NCBI GenBank assembly: GCA_030390025.1
Contig: CM059431.1
Coordinates: 101,186,001 to 101,250,000, forward strand
Reading direction: 5' to 3'
DNA length: 64,000 nt
Source: Squalus acanthias
Lineage: Eukaryota
Below are positions 36,805 through 49,069 of this stretch, one piece after another. A program made the translations under genes and the position numbers. Each line of letters opens with the position of its first letter. The first letter of the stretch is position 1. The notes beneath the pieces are model-generated. The model was not told the origin of the DNA. It saw nothing but the letters and a program-made list of their open reading frames with translations, and ran no database searches.

Positions 36805-38300
36805 CAACAATAACTTACATTTATACAGCGCCTTTAACGCAGTAAAACACCCCAAGGTGCTTCACAGGAGCGATTATCAAACAAAATTTTGACACTGAGC
36901 CACAGAAGGAAATATTAGGAGAGATGACCAAAAGCTTGGTCAGAGAGGCAGGTTTTAAGGAGCGTCTTAAAGGAGGAAAGAGAGGTAGAGAGGCGAAGAG
37001 GTTTAGGGAGGGAATTCCAGAGCTTAGGGCCTACGCAGCTGAAGGCACGGCCACCAACGGTGGAGCGAAGAAAATCGGGGATGTACAAGAGGCCAGAATT
37101 GGAGGAGCGCAGAGATCTCGACAACAACAACTTGTATTTATATAGCGCCTTTAACGTAGTAAAACGTCCCAGGGTGCTTCACAGGAGTGTTAAAAGACAA
37201 AATATTTGACACCGAGTCAAATAAAGAGAAATTAGGGCAGGTGACCAAAGGTTTGGTCAAACAGGTAGGTTTTAAGGAGCGTCTTAAAGGAGTTAAGAGA
37301 GGTAGTGAGACGGAGAGGTTTAGGCAGGGAATTCCAGAGCTTAGGGCCTCGGCAACAGAAGGTACGGCCGCCAATGGTTGAGCGATTATAATCAGGGATG
37401 TTCAAGAGGGCAGAATTAGAGGAGCATAGATATCTCGGGGGTTGGGGGGCTGGACGAGATTACAGCGATAGGGAGGGGTGAGGCCATGGAGGGATTTAAA
37501 AACAAGGATGAGAATTTTGAAATCGAGGTGTTGCTTAATCGGGAGCCAATGTAGGTCAGCGAGCACAGGGGTGATGGGCGAACGGGACTTGGTGCGAGTT
37601 AGGACACGGGCAGCCGAGCTTTGGATCACCTCAAGTTTACGTAGGGTAGAATGTGAGAGGCCAGCCAGGAGTGCGTTGGAATAGTCAAGTCTAGAGGTAA
37701 CAAAGGCATGGATGAGGGTTTCAGCAGCTGATGAGCTGAGGCAAGGGCGGAGACGGGCGATGTTACGGAGGTGGAGATAGGCGGTCTTAGTGATGGCGCG
37801 GATATGTGTTCGGAAGCTCATTTCAGGGTCAGATATGACACCAAGGTTGAGAACAGTGTGGTTCAGCCTCAGACAGATGTTAGGGAGAGGGATGGAGTCA
37901 GTGGCTAGGGAACGGAGTTTGTGGCGGGGCCCGAAGACAATGGCTTCGGTCTTCCCAATATTTTATTGGAGAAAATTTCTGCTCATCGGACAAGCAGTCT
38001 GACAATTTAGAGACAGTGGCGGGGTCCAGAGAAGTGGTGGTCAGGTAGAGCTGGGTGTCAGCAGCGTACATGTGGAAACTGATGCTGTGGAGGGTTGTAG
38101 GGCAGGAGGAGATTACAGAGATAGGGAGGGGGCGAGGCCATGGAGGGATTTGAAAACAAGGGTGAGAATTTTAAAATGGAGGTGTTGCCAGACCGGGAGC
38201 CAATGTAGGTCAGCGAGCAACAGGGGTGCGAGTTAGGAGGCCGGCCAGGAGAGTACTGGAATAGTCGAGTCCAGAGATAACAAAGGCGTGGATGAGGGAT
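36805..38300 (-). mobile_element. Cluster of L2-type LINE 3' fragments
   Basis: ORF 37402-37821 LIHAFVTSRLDYSNALLAG...ITPVLADLHWLPI; (ttg)n tails at about 36805 and 37121. Confidence 0.88.
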
Positions 38301-38736
38301 GATCATGCTGATGTTTACCGTGTGTAAAAATAATGGACTAGAAAGTGTACAAAATGCGGAAACACTGCACCTGTTGTGGATTTTGATCTACGTTCTCTGA
38401 TAACATCTAAGCAGTCTGCAGTGCCAGCTAAAAGCGACAAACTCAGAACAGAGGAAAGCAGCAAGCAAACATCACTCACTCACTCACACAAACAAACAGC
38501 GTGCATTTCTTCAGGTTCCAACCGACGTGATAAAATCCCACCAAGCACCCTCATGAAAATGTTGTGTTTTTAAACCACTGATGATGGGACTCACACTGAA
38601 GAAAATTATAGACAATATTTGAAAGGAAACAATGCCAGAAGCACGAGTGTGCCATTTGTCCAGTGACCTATTTGCCAAAGGATAACTTCCACAGGAAGAA
38701 AAAAAGATTTAACCAATCAATTATAATTGGAAATAA

Positions 38737-38926
38737 CAACAGAAAACAGCTGGAAAAACTCAGCAGGCCAGGCAGCATCCGTGGAGAGAGAAACAGAGTT
38801 AACGTTTCAGGTCGATGACCCTTCGTCAGAACTGGAACTGGAAAAAAAGCAGGAAATGAAATAGATTTAAAGCAAGTATAATGCTGGGAAAAGGGGGGGG
38901 GGATGAAAGAACAAAAGGCAAGGTCC
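38737..38926 (-). mobile_element. Penelope-like element terminal remnant (second family)
   Basis: acagaaaacagctggaaaaactcagcaggccaggcagcatccgtggagagagaaacagagttaacgtttcagg...; contains a hammerhead motif; degenerate sister copy at about 27015-27105. Confidence 0.7.
38797..38833 (-). ncRNA. Minimal type I hammerhead ribozyme motif
   Basis: Minus strand AGUU-CUGACGA-A-GGGUC-AUC-GACCU-GAAA-CG-UU-AACU: stem I AGUU/AACU, intact core, stem II GGGUC/GACCU, palindromic stem III, GUU triplet. Confidence 0.75.
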
Positions 38927-39507
38927 CAGCATTATACAACAACTTGCATTTATATAGCGCCTTTGACCTAGTAAAACATCCCAAGGCGCTTCACAGGAGT
39001 GTTATCAAACAAATTTGACGTCAAGCCACGTAAGGCAATAGTAAGGCAGGCGACCAAAAGCTTGGTCAAAGAGGTAGGTTTTAAGGAGTGTCTTAAAGGA
39101 GGAGAGAGAGGTAGAGAGGCATGGAGAGGGTTTAGGGAGGGAATTCCAGAGCTCAGGGCCCCAGGCAGCTGAAGGCACGGCCGCTGAAGGTGGAGCGATG
39201 AAAATCGGGGATGCACGAGGGACCAGAATCGGAGAAGCGCAGAGATCTCGGAGGGTTGGAGGGCTGGAGGAGGTTACAGAGGTTACCACCATGTGGTTGA
39301 TTCATAATGCCCTCTGAAGTGGCCTCGCAAGCCAAAAAAATTGCTACAAATTTCCAAAGTAAGAAAATTGGATGGACCTGCTGTCAATGGACATTGTATC
39401 AGTACAAAACTAAGGCAATGTCAGCCCAGTTGATCTTGCAGAGTCCTTATCACTGATATCTGGGGACTGGCACCCAAGTTGGGAGACCTATCAGGTATAG
39501 CTTGATA

Positions 39508-39768
39508 CAGTAAACTCTTGTTTAAACGGCACTTAATCATCTGGAATACTTTTAATAACCGGCAAAATAGATAACCGGTAATCTTGCCGAATCCATCCAG
39601 CACTCGTTTTGCCGAGTCCGAGTCTCCCGCGCTGGCCGAGTTAGTCAGTGGTTTTTATTTTTGTTGGTGTTGAAAATTGCCTTGGCGGGGATACCTCTCT
39701 GTTATCCAGAATTTTTCATCAACCGGCACCATCCTGGTCCCATAGGTGCCGGATAAGAAAGAGTTTAC
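39508..39768. mobile_element. Tc1/mariner (pogo/Tigger-like) MITE
   Basis: TA|cagtaaactcttgtttaaacggcac ... gtgccggataagaaagagtttac; right terminus lost into a (CA)n tract. Confidence 0.6.
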
Positions 39769-41454
39769 ACACACACACACCCAACTAAGCGATAAACATT
39801 TTCGATGCACACTCGCGAGTGCAAGGGCGAAGAAAATCCACCCTTAAAGCTAAACATTTGCAAATACCACTTCAGGTTTTTTATTCTGTGGTAGTATTTC
39901 TGATTTAATTATCTAAAGAAGGCCAAATGAGCCATTTCACAATGTTTGAAAGCAAAGTTCTATTTCGTTAGTTATTCTGGGGTTTTATACACATGTACCT
40001 TACCTCGTGTGTACTGTTCTCAGCGCAAACGCCTCAACACCCCTGCACATGGCAGGTTCAAAATAAGAATCGTAAAGATACTGACAATAATCTGAGACCT
40101 TCCAAAATCCTAAATAATGAGGGCCTAGGTCTCCAGCAATGCAGCAATCAATCTGTTAATACGAAGGACGATAAGTCTTCTGCTAAAAACCTCATCCATG
40201 CCTTTGTTACCGCCAGACTCGACTATTCCAACGCTCCCATCTTCCGTAAACTTCAGCTCATCCAAAGCTCTGCTGCCCGTATCCTGACTCGCACCCAGTC
40301 CCGTTCACCCAATATTAAAATTTTCATCCTCGTGTTCAAATCCTTCCATGGCCTCGCCCCTCCCTATCTCTGTAACCTCCTCCAGCTCTACAACCCTCCG
40401 AGATCTCTGCGCTCCTCCAATTCTGGCCTCTTGCGCATCCCCGATTGTCATCACTCCGCCATTGGCGGCCGTTGCAGAGAGCAAAATTAAAGAGACACGC
40501 ACACCAGACCAATAACAACAACTTGCATTTATACAGTGCCTTTAACATAGTAAAACATCCCAAGGCACTTCACAGGTGTATTATCAGGCAAAATTTGACA
40601 CCGAGCCACATCAGGAGATATTAGGACAGGTGACCAAAAGCTTGGTCAAAGAGGTAGGTTTTAAGGAGCGTCTTAAAGGAGGAGAGAGGCGGAGATGTTT
40701 AGGGAGGGAATTCCAGAGCTTAGGGCCCAGGCAGCTGAAGGCACGGCCGCCAATGGTGTAGCGATTAAAATCGGGGATGGACAAAAGGCCAGAATTGGAG
40801 GAGCTTGGAGTGTTGTAGGGCTGGAGGAGGTTACAGAGATAGGGAGTTCATGATAGCATGAACCTCATTGCTTCTCTGAATGTTACATTTTTATACATCA
40901 CGACCAGTATCATAGCACATTCTTTCTCAAGAGATTTCAGTTCCCTTTTTCTGGTTATGATAATCAAGGATGTAACACTGCCCAAATAAAGTGAGCTAGC
41001 AAACTTTGATGTAATCAAAATAGTTTCAGCTATTTTCATTAGCAACTGCATCAAGCTATCATTTGGGATTCGAACACAGAACAATCTCTGTGATGTGTTA
41101 AATCCATTTCTTCTTTATTAGTTTTATTTCTGGTTGAAAGTCTGTTGTCATTCAATAAACCAGCTGGTATGGTATGTTGTCAGGTCTATGAATAGAAAAG
41201 TACCCGACAATTGGCGACTTATTAATATAAATATATTTCCGATTGCATCTGATGGCACAAATGTTTAATATGAATGCATGTTAATGCAAAAAAACACAAA
41301 CAACACACACTAGTGGAAAAACAACTAAAATAGCCATGGTTTAGTAGCGGGTTTCACTGTTTTCTCTATCTAGTTTAGTTTTAAGCACTCTAAAGACAAA
41401 AGGCTGTAGATACAGCACATTCGTCCACCACTTGATATAGAGATTCCGAGGCAT

Positions 41455-41456
<2 letters not shown>

Positions 41457-41502
<46 letters not shown>
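41457..41502. repeat. (CA)n microsatellite
   Basis: About 23 uninterrupted CA units. Confidence 0.95.
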
Positions 41503-41505
<3 letters not shown>

Positions 41506-41979
41506 AGGTATCTCGCACATTGTGTCTTGCTATTGAGTGATAGATGCAATCCTACACATGATGAGTTGTCAGATTTGAGCACATAATCCAGGCCGACACT
41601 CCCAGTGCAGTGCTGAGGGAGTGCTGCACTGTCGGAGGTGCCGTCTTTCGGATGAGATGTTAAATCGAGGCCCCATCTGCTCTCTCAGGTGGACGTAAAT
41701 CTCAGGTGGACGTAAAAGCTCCCATGGCAATATTTCAAAGAAGAGCAGGGGCCTTCTCCCCGCTGTCCTGGCCAATATTTATCCCTCAACCAACATAACT
41801 AAAAACAGATTATCTGGTCATTTATCTCATTGCTGTTTGTGGGAGCTTGCTGTGCGCAAACTGGCTGCCACGTTTCCTACATTACAACAGTGACTACACT
41901 TCAAAAGTACTTCAATAGCTGTAAAGCGCTTTGGGGACGTCCTGAGGTCACAAAAGGCGCTATATAAATGCAAGTCTTT

Positions 41980-42840
41980 GGGGGAAAAATTCAGTTGGTT
42001 TGCGCCTCCCATTAGCGCCGTGCGCGGCGATGTTTGCGCCGCTCACGAAATTAACTAGACATTTTGCGGCGGCGCTAAACACTACCGCCACGATCTCCTG
42101 CGCTGGCAGATCGTGACGTCAGTCGAGTGCGCAATGCCCCGGTAGCGCCCCGGACCGGATATTGAGTGGCGCCCCCTGCCTTACCGCCTGCCGCTAGCAA
42201 CGACAGGTTGAGGGGAGCGTTTTGCAGTCAGGAAGGGACTGGGGTAGCGCTATTTAAAGGCGACCGCTTCCTGGCATTTTTTGTTGGTGACATTTTTGCA
42301 CCACGCATTCTGAGAGAGAGAGAGAGAGAGAGAGACTTCTGGAGAGATTCAACGCTGTGTGAAGGAGTTTTGTGTACTGAGCAGCACTTTGCAGGTTCAT
42401 TTTGATTTGCCCTTCCTTGTATCGATTTAGAAGAGACTGTGGGGGCTGCACTCTGAGCTCTTTCCCTGGGTCTCTCCATTGTTCTTTCCAGCAGATTTGA
42501 TGTACAGATCTCTCCAGGCCGAGATTCAAGGCTGCAATGAGCAGGATGTGGATGGAAAGCAAGATCAACCCTCCCCTTTAAGAACTGGCCGGCGCCATTG
42601 TGTCTGTGTTCCATTGCTGACTGACATCACATGAGCTTCGCCAGCGCTCTGAGTTAGCACCTCGCTCCTCGGCCTTTGCACCTTAAGACAGATGTGAAGC
42701 GCCTGATTTAGCGCTCCAATCACCTCCAGGTGCGATAAAAGCCAAGTTTGCAGTCGGAGGCGATAATTAGCGCCAGGCGCTAATCTTTGCGCCCGGCCGA
42801 TAATTGCTCCCCAAACGGGGCGGTACCGAATTTCTCCCCC
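41980..42840. mobile_element. Non-autonomous Harbinger-like element inserted in a SINE tail
   Basis: TIRs gggggaaaaattc / gaatttctccccc; 3-bp TSD TTT/TTT. Confidence 0.8.
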
Positions 42841-43197
42841 TTTCTGTCTTTCTTGTCTATCTTAGTTTTGCTCAGAGAGTGAGTGAAAAAATAAAATCGC
42901 AGAGCAAGTCAACATATGTCATGCTTTCCGAGCAACCCACCTCGCCAGCAGCTTTGGCAGAAAGCAACGCTGACGGCTTGGCTTCCTACTCTATCGGACA
43001 AAGAGGGCCTTGTGCAACCAAGGGGACGTTAAAGAGGATAAAATAACCCTGAAGAGTGGGGAAGGGAGAAACATTTAAAACGGACGAGAGAAACTGAAAA
43101 GGGAACAGTAATCCGAGTGTTCCCCATTCCAGAAGGACAGAAACTCTTTGAATTATTGGGCCAAGGTAGAAGCAACAATCTGTATTAAGCTAACCAC

Positions 43198-43298
43198 TTT
43201 ATTGAGCAATTTGAATTCAGTTTCATACAGTAACATACTCATTTGTTTTTAAAAATCAGTTGCAGCACACCGTTGAGAACTTAAATACTTTATTTATT
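43198..43298 (-). terminator. Candidate polyadenylation signals of the UBAC2 3' UTR
   Basis: Minus-strand AATAAA hexamers at 43289-43298 (two overlapping) and 43198-43203, about 235-335 nt downstream of the stop, in non-repetitive AT-rich sequence. Confidence 0.5.
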
Positions 43299-43531
43299 GA
43301 CATTATGACGCTCCCAGATCTGTTCCCTTTGGTGACTACCTTTTAGTGATTCTAACAGGAAACACTTACTTGATGCCAAAATATAATCAACTCTTACAAT
43401 TTTAAATCAGGTATTTCTTTTCTCACCGCCCCCAAAAAATCTCTGACCTTTGCGTTGCCCAGTGCCAGCTCAACAGGTGCGTGTTGAATGCTGAGGTCAG
43501 ATACATAGTCCTTGTAAGTCACCTGCTCCTG

Positions 43532-43639
43532 TCAGTGCTGAAGTAGGAAGTTGGTGGCCATGTTAAGGTCATTGTTTGTAGCTCTCAGAGCTTCCAAAGC
43601 GTCTACTCTAGAAAACCCCATCTCCATCAGTCTTGCCAC
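43532..43639 (-). CDS. UBAC2: Last coding exon of UBAC2 (C-terminal UBA domain)
   Basis: Translates VARLMEMGFSRVDALEALRATNNDLNMATNFLLQH*, nearly identical to the vertebrate UBAC2 C-terminus as I recall it (VARLMEMGFSRGDALEALRASNNDLNVATNFLLQH). Preceded on the minus strand by a pyrimidine-rich acceptor (tgtgttttttgtattgcag|GTG), phase 0; TGA stop at 43534-43532. Confidence 0.93.
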   Translation of the reverse strand: MARLMEMGFSRVDALEALRATNNDLNMATNFLLQH

Positions 43640-43922
43640 CTGCAATACAAAAAACACACAATACAAATCAGAAAAACGCAAGTCAACACGTGCAATTCGG
43701 TTACAAGTCCTGCAATACGTGGTTTTCCCTAAATGGCTTTTAGAATCACACAGCACAGAAGGAGGCCATTCGGCCCATGGTGCATGTCCTGGCTCCTTGA
43801 AAGAGCTCTCCAACTAGTTCCACTCCCTGCTCTTTCCCCATAGCCCTGCAAATTTTTCCCCTTCATAGTATTTATCCAATTCACCTTTCGAAAGTTATTG
43901 AATCTGCTTCCATTGCCCTTTC

Positions 43923-44145
43923 GATAGTAGCCATGATGTGGAGATGCCGGTGTTGGACTGGGGTGGACAAATGTGAGAAGTCGCACAACACCAGGTTATA
44001 GTCCAACAGCTTTATTTGAAATCACAAGCTTTCGGAGCGCTGCTCCTTCGTCAGGTGAAGTCAGGTGAAGGAGCAGCAGCTCCGAAAGCTTGTGATTTCA
44101 AATAAAGCTGTTGGACTATAACCTGGTGTTGTGCGACTTCTCACA
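43923..44145. mobile_element. Penelope-like element terminal remnant arranged as an inverted repeat
   Basis: Arms 43972-44049 and 44067-44145 are reverse complements apart from one indel; flanked by an 11-bp direct repeat ATTGCCCTTTC (43912-43922, 44146-44156); contains a hammerhead motif. Confidence 0.8.
44022..44058 (-). ncRNA. Minimal type I hammerhead ribozyme motif
   Basis: Minus strand UCAC-CUGACGA-A-GGAGC-AGC-GCUCC-GAAA-GC-UU-GUGA: stem I UCAC/GUGA, core CUGANGA and GAAA, 5-bp stem II, loop-less palindromic stem III, CUU triplet. Confidence 0.75.
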
Positions 44146-44698
44146 ATTGCCCTTTCAGGCAGTGAATTCCAGCTCGTAACAATAAATTTGCGACACCTTC
44201 CAACTCATTTCACTTGAGATTCTTCCAACATGCAGAGAGGAGACTTGTATTCCAGCAGCTGCATTTGAACACAGGTTCCAGTGAATGAAGTGTTTTAACT
44301 CACACCATCTTCAACTCGTTTTGTTTGTACTTGTACATTCATCATGGCGAGAAACAGGAGGGACAACAACAACTTGCATTTATATAGCATCTTTAACGTA
44401 GTATAGCGTCCCAAGGAATTTCACAGGAGCGATTATCAAACAAAATTTGACACCGAGCCACATAAGGAGATATTTGGTCAGGTGACCCAAGATCCTGGTC
44501 AAAGAGGTCACAGTTGTTGTTGTAGGATTTAAGGAGCGTCTTAAAAGAGGAGAGAGAGACGGAGAGGTTTAGGGAGGGAATTCCAGAGCTTGGGGCCTTG
44601 ACACCTGAAGGCACGGCCGCCAATGGTGGAGCAAAGGAAATCGGCAATGCAAAAGGGGCCAGAATTGGAGGAATGCATAGATCTCAGAGGTTTGTAGG

Positions 44699-45019
44699 CA
44701 ATGTTCCATGTAATTTTGTGTGGCGCCGCTTAAAGGGGCTGCACAGGCAATTCAAAATACCGCGTTTTCGCGTTTTTTCTCATGGAAAAGCCGGCAAGCC
44801 GGTTGCGCGGGGTTCCTGGAATGCTGCACGGATGCACAGTTTACAGGGAACATTGGCTGTAGGCAACGCTCTCTTTAAGTTGTGTGAACTCGCAGCACTC
44901 CAGGGAACCCGCGCAGCCGGCTTTACAATGTAAAAACCGCGCATGCGCGGTGTTTTGACTGTCCCGCGCAGCCCCTTAAAGGGGCCGCGTGGCACTGAAA
45001 AAAATTAGAGGGAGCATTG
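44699..45019. mobile_element. Non-autonomous hAT element inserted in an L2 fragment
   Basis: TIRs caatgttccatgtaatttt / aaaattagagggagcattg; 8-bp TSD tttgtagg/gttgtagg; extra internal TIR copy (ttacagggaacattg) near 44841-44855. Confidence 0.8.
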
Positions 45020-46117
45020 GTTGTAGGGCTGGAGGAGGTTACAGAGATAGGGAGGGGTGAGGCCATGGAGGGACATCGCCCGACTCAGCTCCTGCCTCAG
45101 CTCTTCTGCTGCTGAAATCCTCATCCACGCCTTCCAACGCATTCCTGGCTGGCCTCCCATCTTCCACCCTCCATAAACTTAAGCTCATCCAAAACTCTGC
45201 TACCCGTATCCTAACTCGCACCAAGTCCCGTTCACCCATCATCACTGTGACCTACACTGGCTCCAGGTTAAGCAACGTCTTGATTTCAAAATTATCATCC
45301 TGGTTTTCAAATCCCTCCATAGCCTCGCCTATCTCTGCAACCTCCTCCAGCCCCACAACCCTCAGAGATCTCTGCGCTCCTCCAATTCTGGCCTCTTGCA
45401 CATCCCTGATTTTCATCGCTCCACCATTGGCGGCCGTGCCTTCAGCTGCCTGGGCCCCAAGCTCTGGAATTTCCTGCCTAAACCTCTCCGCCTCTCTTTC
45501 CTCTTTTAAGATGCTCCTTAAAACCTACCTCTTTGACCAAGCTTTTGGTCATCTGCCCTACTAGCCCCTTATGTGGCTCAGTGTCAAATTTTGTTTGATA
45601 ATCGCTTCTGTGAAGCGACTTGGGACGTTTTACAATGTTAAAGGTGCTGTGTAAATGCAAATTGCTGTTGTTGTTGATATGAACACAAAGATAAGAATTT
45701 TAAATTGGAGGCGTTGCCGAACCAGGTGCCAATGCAGGTCAGAGAGCACAGGGGTGATGGGTGAATGGGAAATTCAGGCATAACTTGCCACATGTTAAAA
45801 TATCTTGTGTGTGAATCAAAAGCATTAATAAAAAGTCTGCAAGACCTGTGAGTGAAACCCGAGGGAGGGTAGTACCAGGTAGAAGACATACTCAGTACTA
45901 TGGAACTGCGACCCCAGAATCTACTGGAAGTCCAATAAAGGGACTTTTCAACAAAGTATAAGGCATGTTTCATAATCAGCACGCTCTAGGAGAGGAATGA
46001 GTAATCGTACCTTGACATTTTCGTAACAGTCATTACAGAAGATATTATCAAATGTATCGATGCCTCCTCCCACATTCCCATTTTTGAATGCTCATGTTTG
46101 TCTTTATAACTCACTGC

Positions 46118-46135
46118 TAGCAGCAGAGGGCAGCA
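46118..46135 (+). promoter_or_regulatory. Candidate CTCF-type motif in non-repetitive intronic DNA
   Basis: gcagcagagggcagca resembles the CTCF core CCASYAGRKGGCRS with one mismatch; motif match only. Confidence 0.25.
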
Positions 46136-47405
46136 AGACTGCGACCAGAACACTGCAAGACTGCTCCACCACACACTGCTATGACACACAGCACTCTGCA
46201 CAATATCGTGCTTCTTCCAATGAAGCTTATCTTCTGACTGGCCAAGTGCAGCGTCACAGGCGATGACATTCAAAATAAAATCCCTTCATTCTGCCGGCAA
46301 CATCACAGCTTTGAATTCTGGCAACCCGTTCGTCAGAGGCATCAGTGGGTTGCAAGTGGGTTTAAGTCACCCACCACCCCCCGGGCCATACTGTGAGTGT
46401 CGTTGCCTTATAGGGAAGGACATCACCAACATTATTAATTAGGGAGGCAACATGAGGGGGTTGAGAGCAAAGGTTATCTGTCCAAACTGAAAGGCTTGTC
46501 AAACATAAGCAATGTTTTAAAAACCTTGGTCAAGTTGAGGCTGTGGTTCGATATTCCAGAGTATTGCTGCATTTACCTTTGGGAGGGGAGGGAGAAACTT
46601 GATCGAGGTCATGCGATGAAACCTCCAGGAATAGGTCCAGCCAAAGTTGGCAACCCCACCGCACAAGAACATAAGAAATAGAAGCAGGAGTAGGCCATTC
46701 GATAAGATCATGGCTGACCTTCTACCTCAACTCCACTTTCCCGCACGATCTTCATATCCCTTGATTCCCTTAGTGCCCAAGAATCTATCGATCTGTCTTG
46801 AATATACTCAACATTCCAAAGATTCACAACCCCCTGAGTGAAGAAATTTCTCCTCATCTCAGTCCTAAATGGCTGCCCCCTTATCCTGAGACTGTGACCC
46901 CTGGTTCTAGACTCTCCAGCCAGGGGAAACAGCCTCTCCGCATCTACCCTGTCAAGCCCTCCAAGAATTTTATACGTTTCAATGAGAAATACGTTTATTT
47001 ATACATTTCCAATACGCATCATAGATGCACATAAGGGGAAGCTAGATAAGCACATGAGGGAGAAAGGAATAGTAGGTTATGCCGATAGAGTGAGATGAAG
47101 AAGGGTGGCAGGAGGCTCGTGTGGAGTATAAACACCGGCATGGGCCAAACAGCCTGTTTCTATGCTGTACATTCTATGTAATTCGACAGGCGTGACGATT
47201 ACTTGACCGAGTGGACGGCGTGGGGTCAACATTAACTTGCGTTTATATGGCACAGTCCCCACTGCTTATATCAGGCATGTTCAAATTAATGCTGCTTGGT
47301 CACTGTATAAGGTCGCCAAGCCTCCAGGGTTGCCCTGGAGTCTCCAGGAATTGAAGATTAATCTCCTGCCAGCAAACGCCCGGGAGAAAAATCATTAAAA
47401 ACATT

Positions 47406-48132
47406 GGGCCGTATTTTGCGACCCCCCCCCCCCACGGGTGCGTACGAGCTGCACACGTGCAAGCTCCGGCTTTAGGCACGCGAAGCGCATGCACGAAAAC
47501 CCGGTAATAATTTTCTTGACAGATCCTCAGTATCCCCGGGAAAAGGGCCTCTGCGGGCAGAGAGTTTGCCCAACTTCCGCCCGCTGAATGCCTGTGAAAT
47601 TCTTACGCATGGTAAAAGCAAGCGTCAGGTCTGCTTTTACCAGCATAAGAGTTTTCAAAAATATAAAAATAAAATGTTATCACTCATTTATAAATTAAAA
47701 ACCCTGTCCAATAAGGTAAGTTTATTTTTAGCCCCATTAAAACAGACATTTTTTTCCAAAAAATTAAATTGTTTAAAATATTTAATTAAATGGCATTTTA
47801 ATTCATTTTAAATATGTAATTTAAATTTTTTTTTATTTCATGTGTTGGTGTATTTTTTAAGTGATCCCCATTCATACTTATGGGGATTCTGTACGTACGG
47901 AACTCCCGTAAGTATGAATGGGGATTTTCCCTTCTATTATTGGTTGGGCTGGCCCACGTGATCCCAGGGGCGCTTGCGAACTGCCTGCACCCTGGGATAC
48001 GTGGGCCGCTACCCGCGCGTATCCGGAGAGGTCAAGGAGTGCGAGTCTCCGTACCTCCTGGTAAATTCATAGATTTTTTTACAGGTCGGAAGCATCCGCC
48101 TGCAGGAAGCCTCCGATCGCAGATTTTGGGCC
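47406..48132. mobile_element. MITE related to family A, nested in another element
   Basis: gggccgtatttt ... agattttgggcc termini; same GC-rich/AT-rich/GC-rich layout with aaggtaagtttattttt and ggcccacgtgatcccaggg. Confidence 0.65.
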
Positions 48133-49069
48133 AATGTTTTTAAAATTTTCTTTGAACCCTTTTGCTCATTAATTATAAAAAAATATTGGAGAGGGAGGGG
48201 TGGGGGCGGGAAAGAGGGTTGCGTTTATTTCCAACACCAGATCTCTAATTGGCCACCTTGAAAGCAACACCTGATTTCTGATTGGTCCCCTTAGAGGACA
48301 AGACACATCCAGCAGTTTCTCTGGAATGTGTAATTAGATCCTGACTGCCTAAGTAATCAATTAGTTTGCAAAATGTAATTCAAGCCATTCTGACTGCCAG
48401 GCTCCAGACAGAACAGAGCTCACATAGAACAGGGCTCACCCTCGCGGGTTAAGACCTTCTCCCACCCCCCAAACAAGTTCCTGACCTCCCCCCAAGTTTC
48501 TGACTTCCTCACCTCCCCCAAGTTCTTGACTTCCCCCCGCCCAAGTTCCTGACCTTGCCCCCGCCCAAGTTTCCCCCCACCCCCCGCCAAGTTCCTGACC
48601 TTCTTCCCCCCACCGGGTTCCTGATTTTCTCCCCCTGTCCAAGTTCCTTTCCCCTCCCCCAAGTTCATGACCTTCTCCCCGCCCGCGCCCCAACAGGATC
48701 CTGACCTTCCAACCCCCTCCATAGATGGGGCATTGTGTGTGGGTCACGGATTGTTACAGGTTTATTGGGTATGAAGTGAATAGTGACAGTGTCATGACTT
48801 CCGGATTTCGTCCATTCCAATGATGCCAAACATGCACCGAGCTTTCCGAGAAATCAAGCAGGTCTAGGGGAAAGAGAGGGAGAATGTGGTGCAGGTGTAA
48901 TGGGATGGGGTTGGAAGTACGTGATCCGTCTCACCATCTGGATCACGTTCTCGTTCTCACAACCCCCTTTAGACCTGGATCACATTCTTCACCAATCCCC
49001 ACTGTGCTCTCCGTGCTCTTTACCCCGCTCCCCACCCTCCGAGTTCCTGACCTCCTCTCCTCTCCCCTC

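Noticed and set aside
1..43100. Exons of the expected neighbour TM9SF2 or another host gene
   Set aside because: No recognisable peptide; the short ORFs are TE-derived or lack motifs.
43640..43813. N-terminal part of the 93-aa ORF 43532-43813
   Set aside because: Lies upstream of a clear splice acceptor and is partly CR1 tail sequence; only 43532-43639 is exon.
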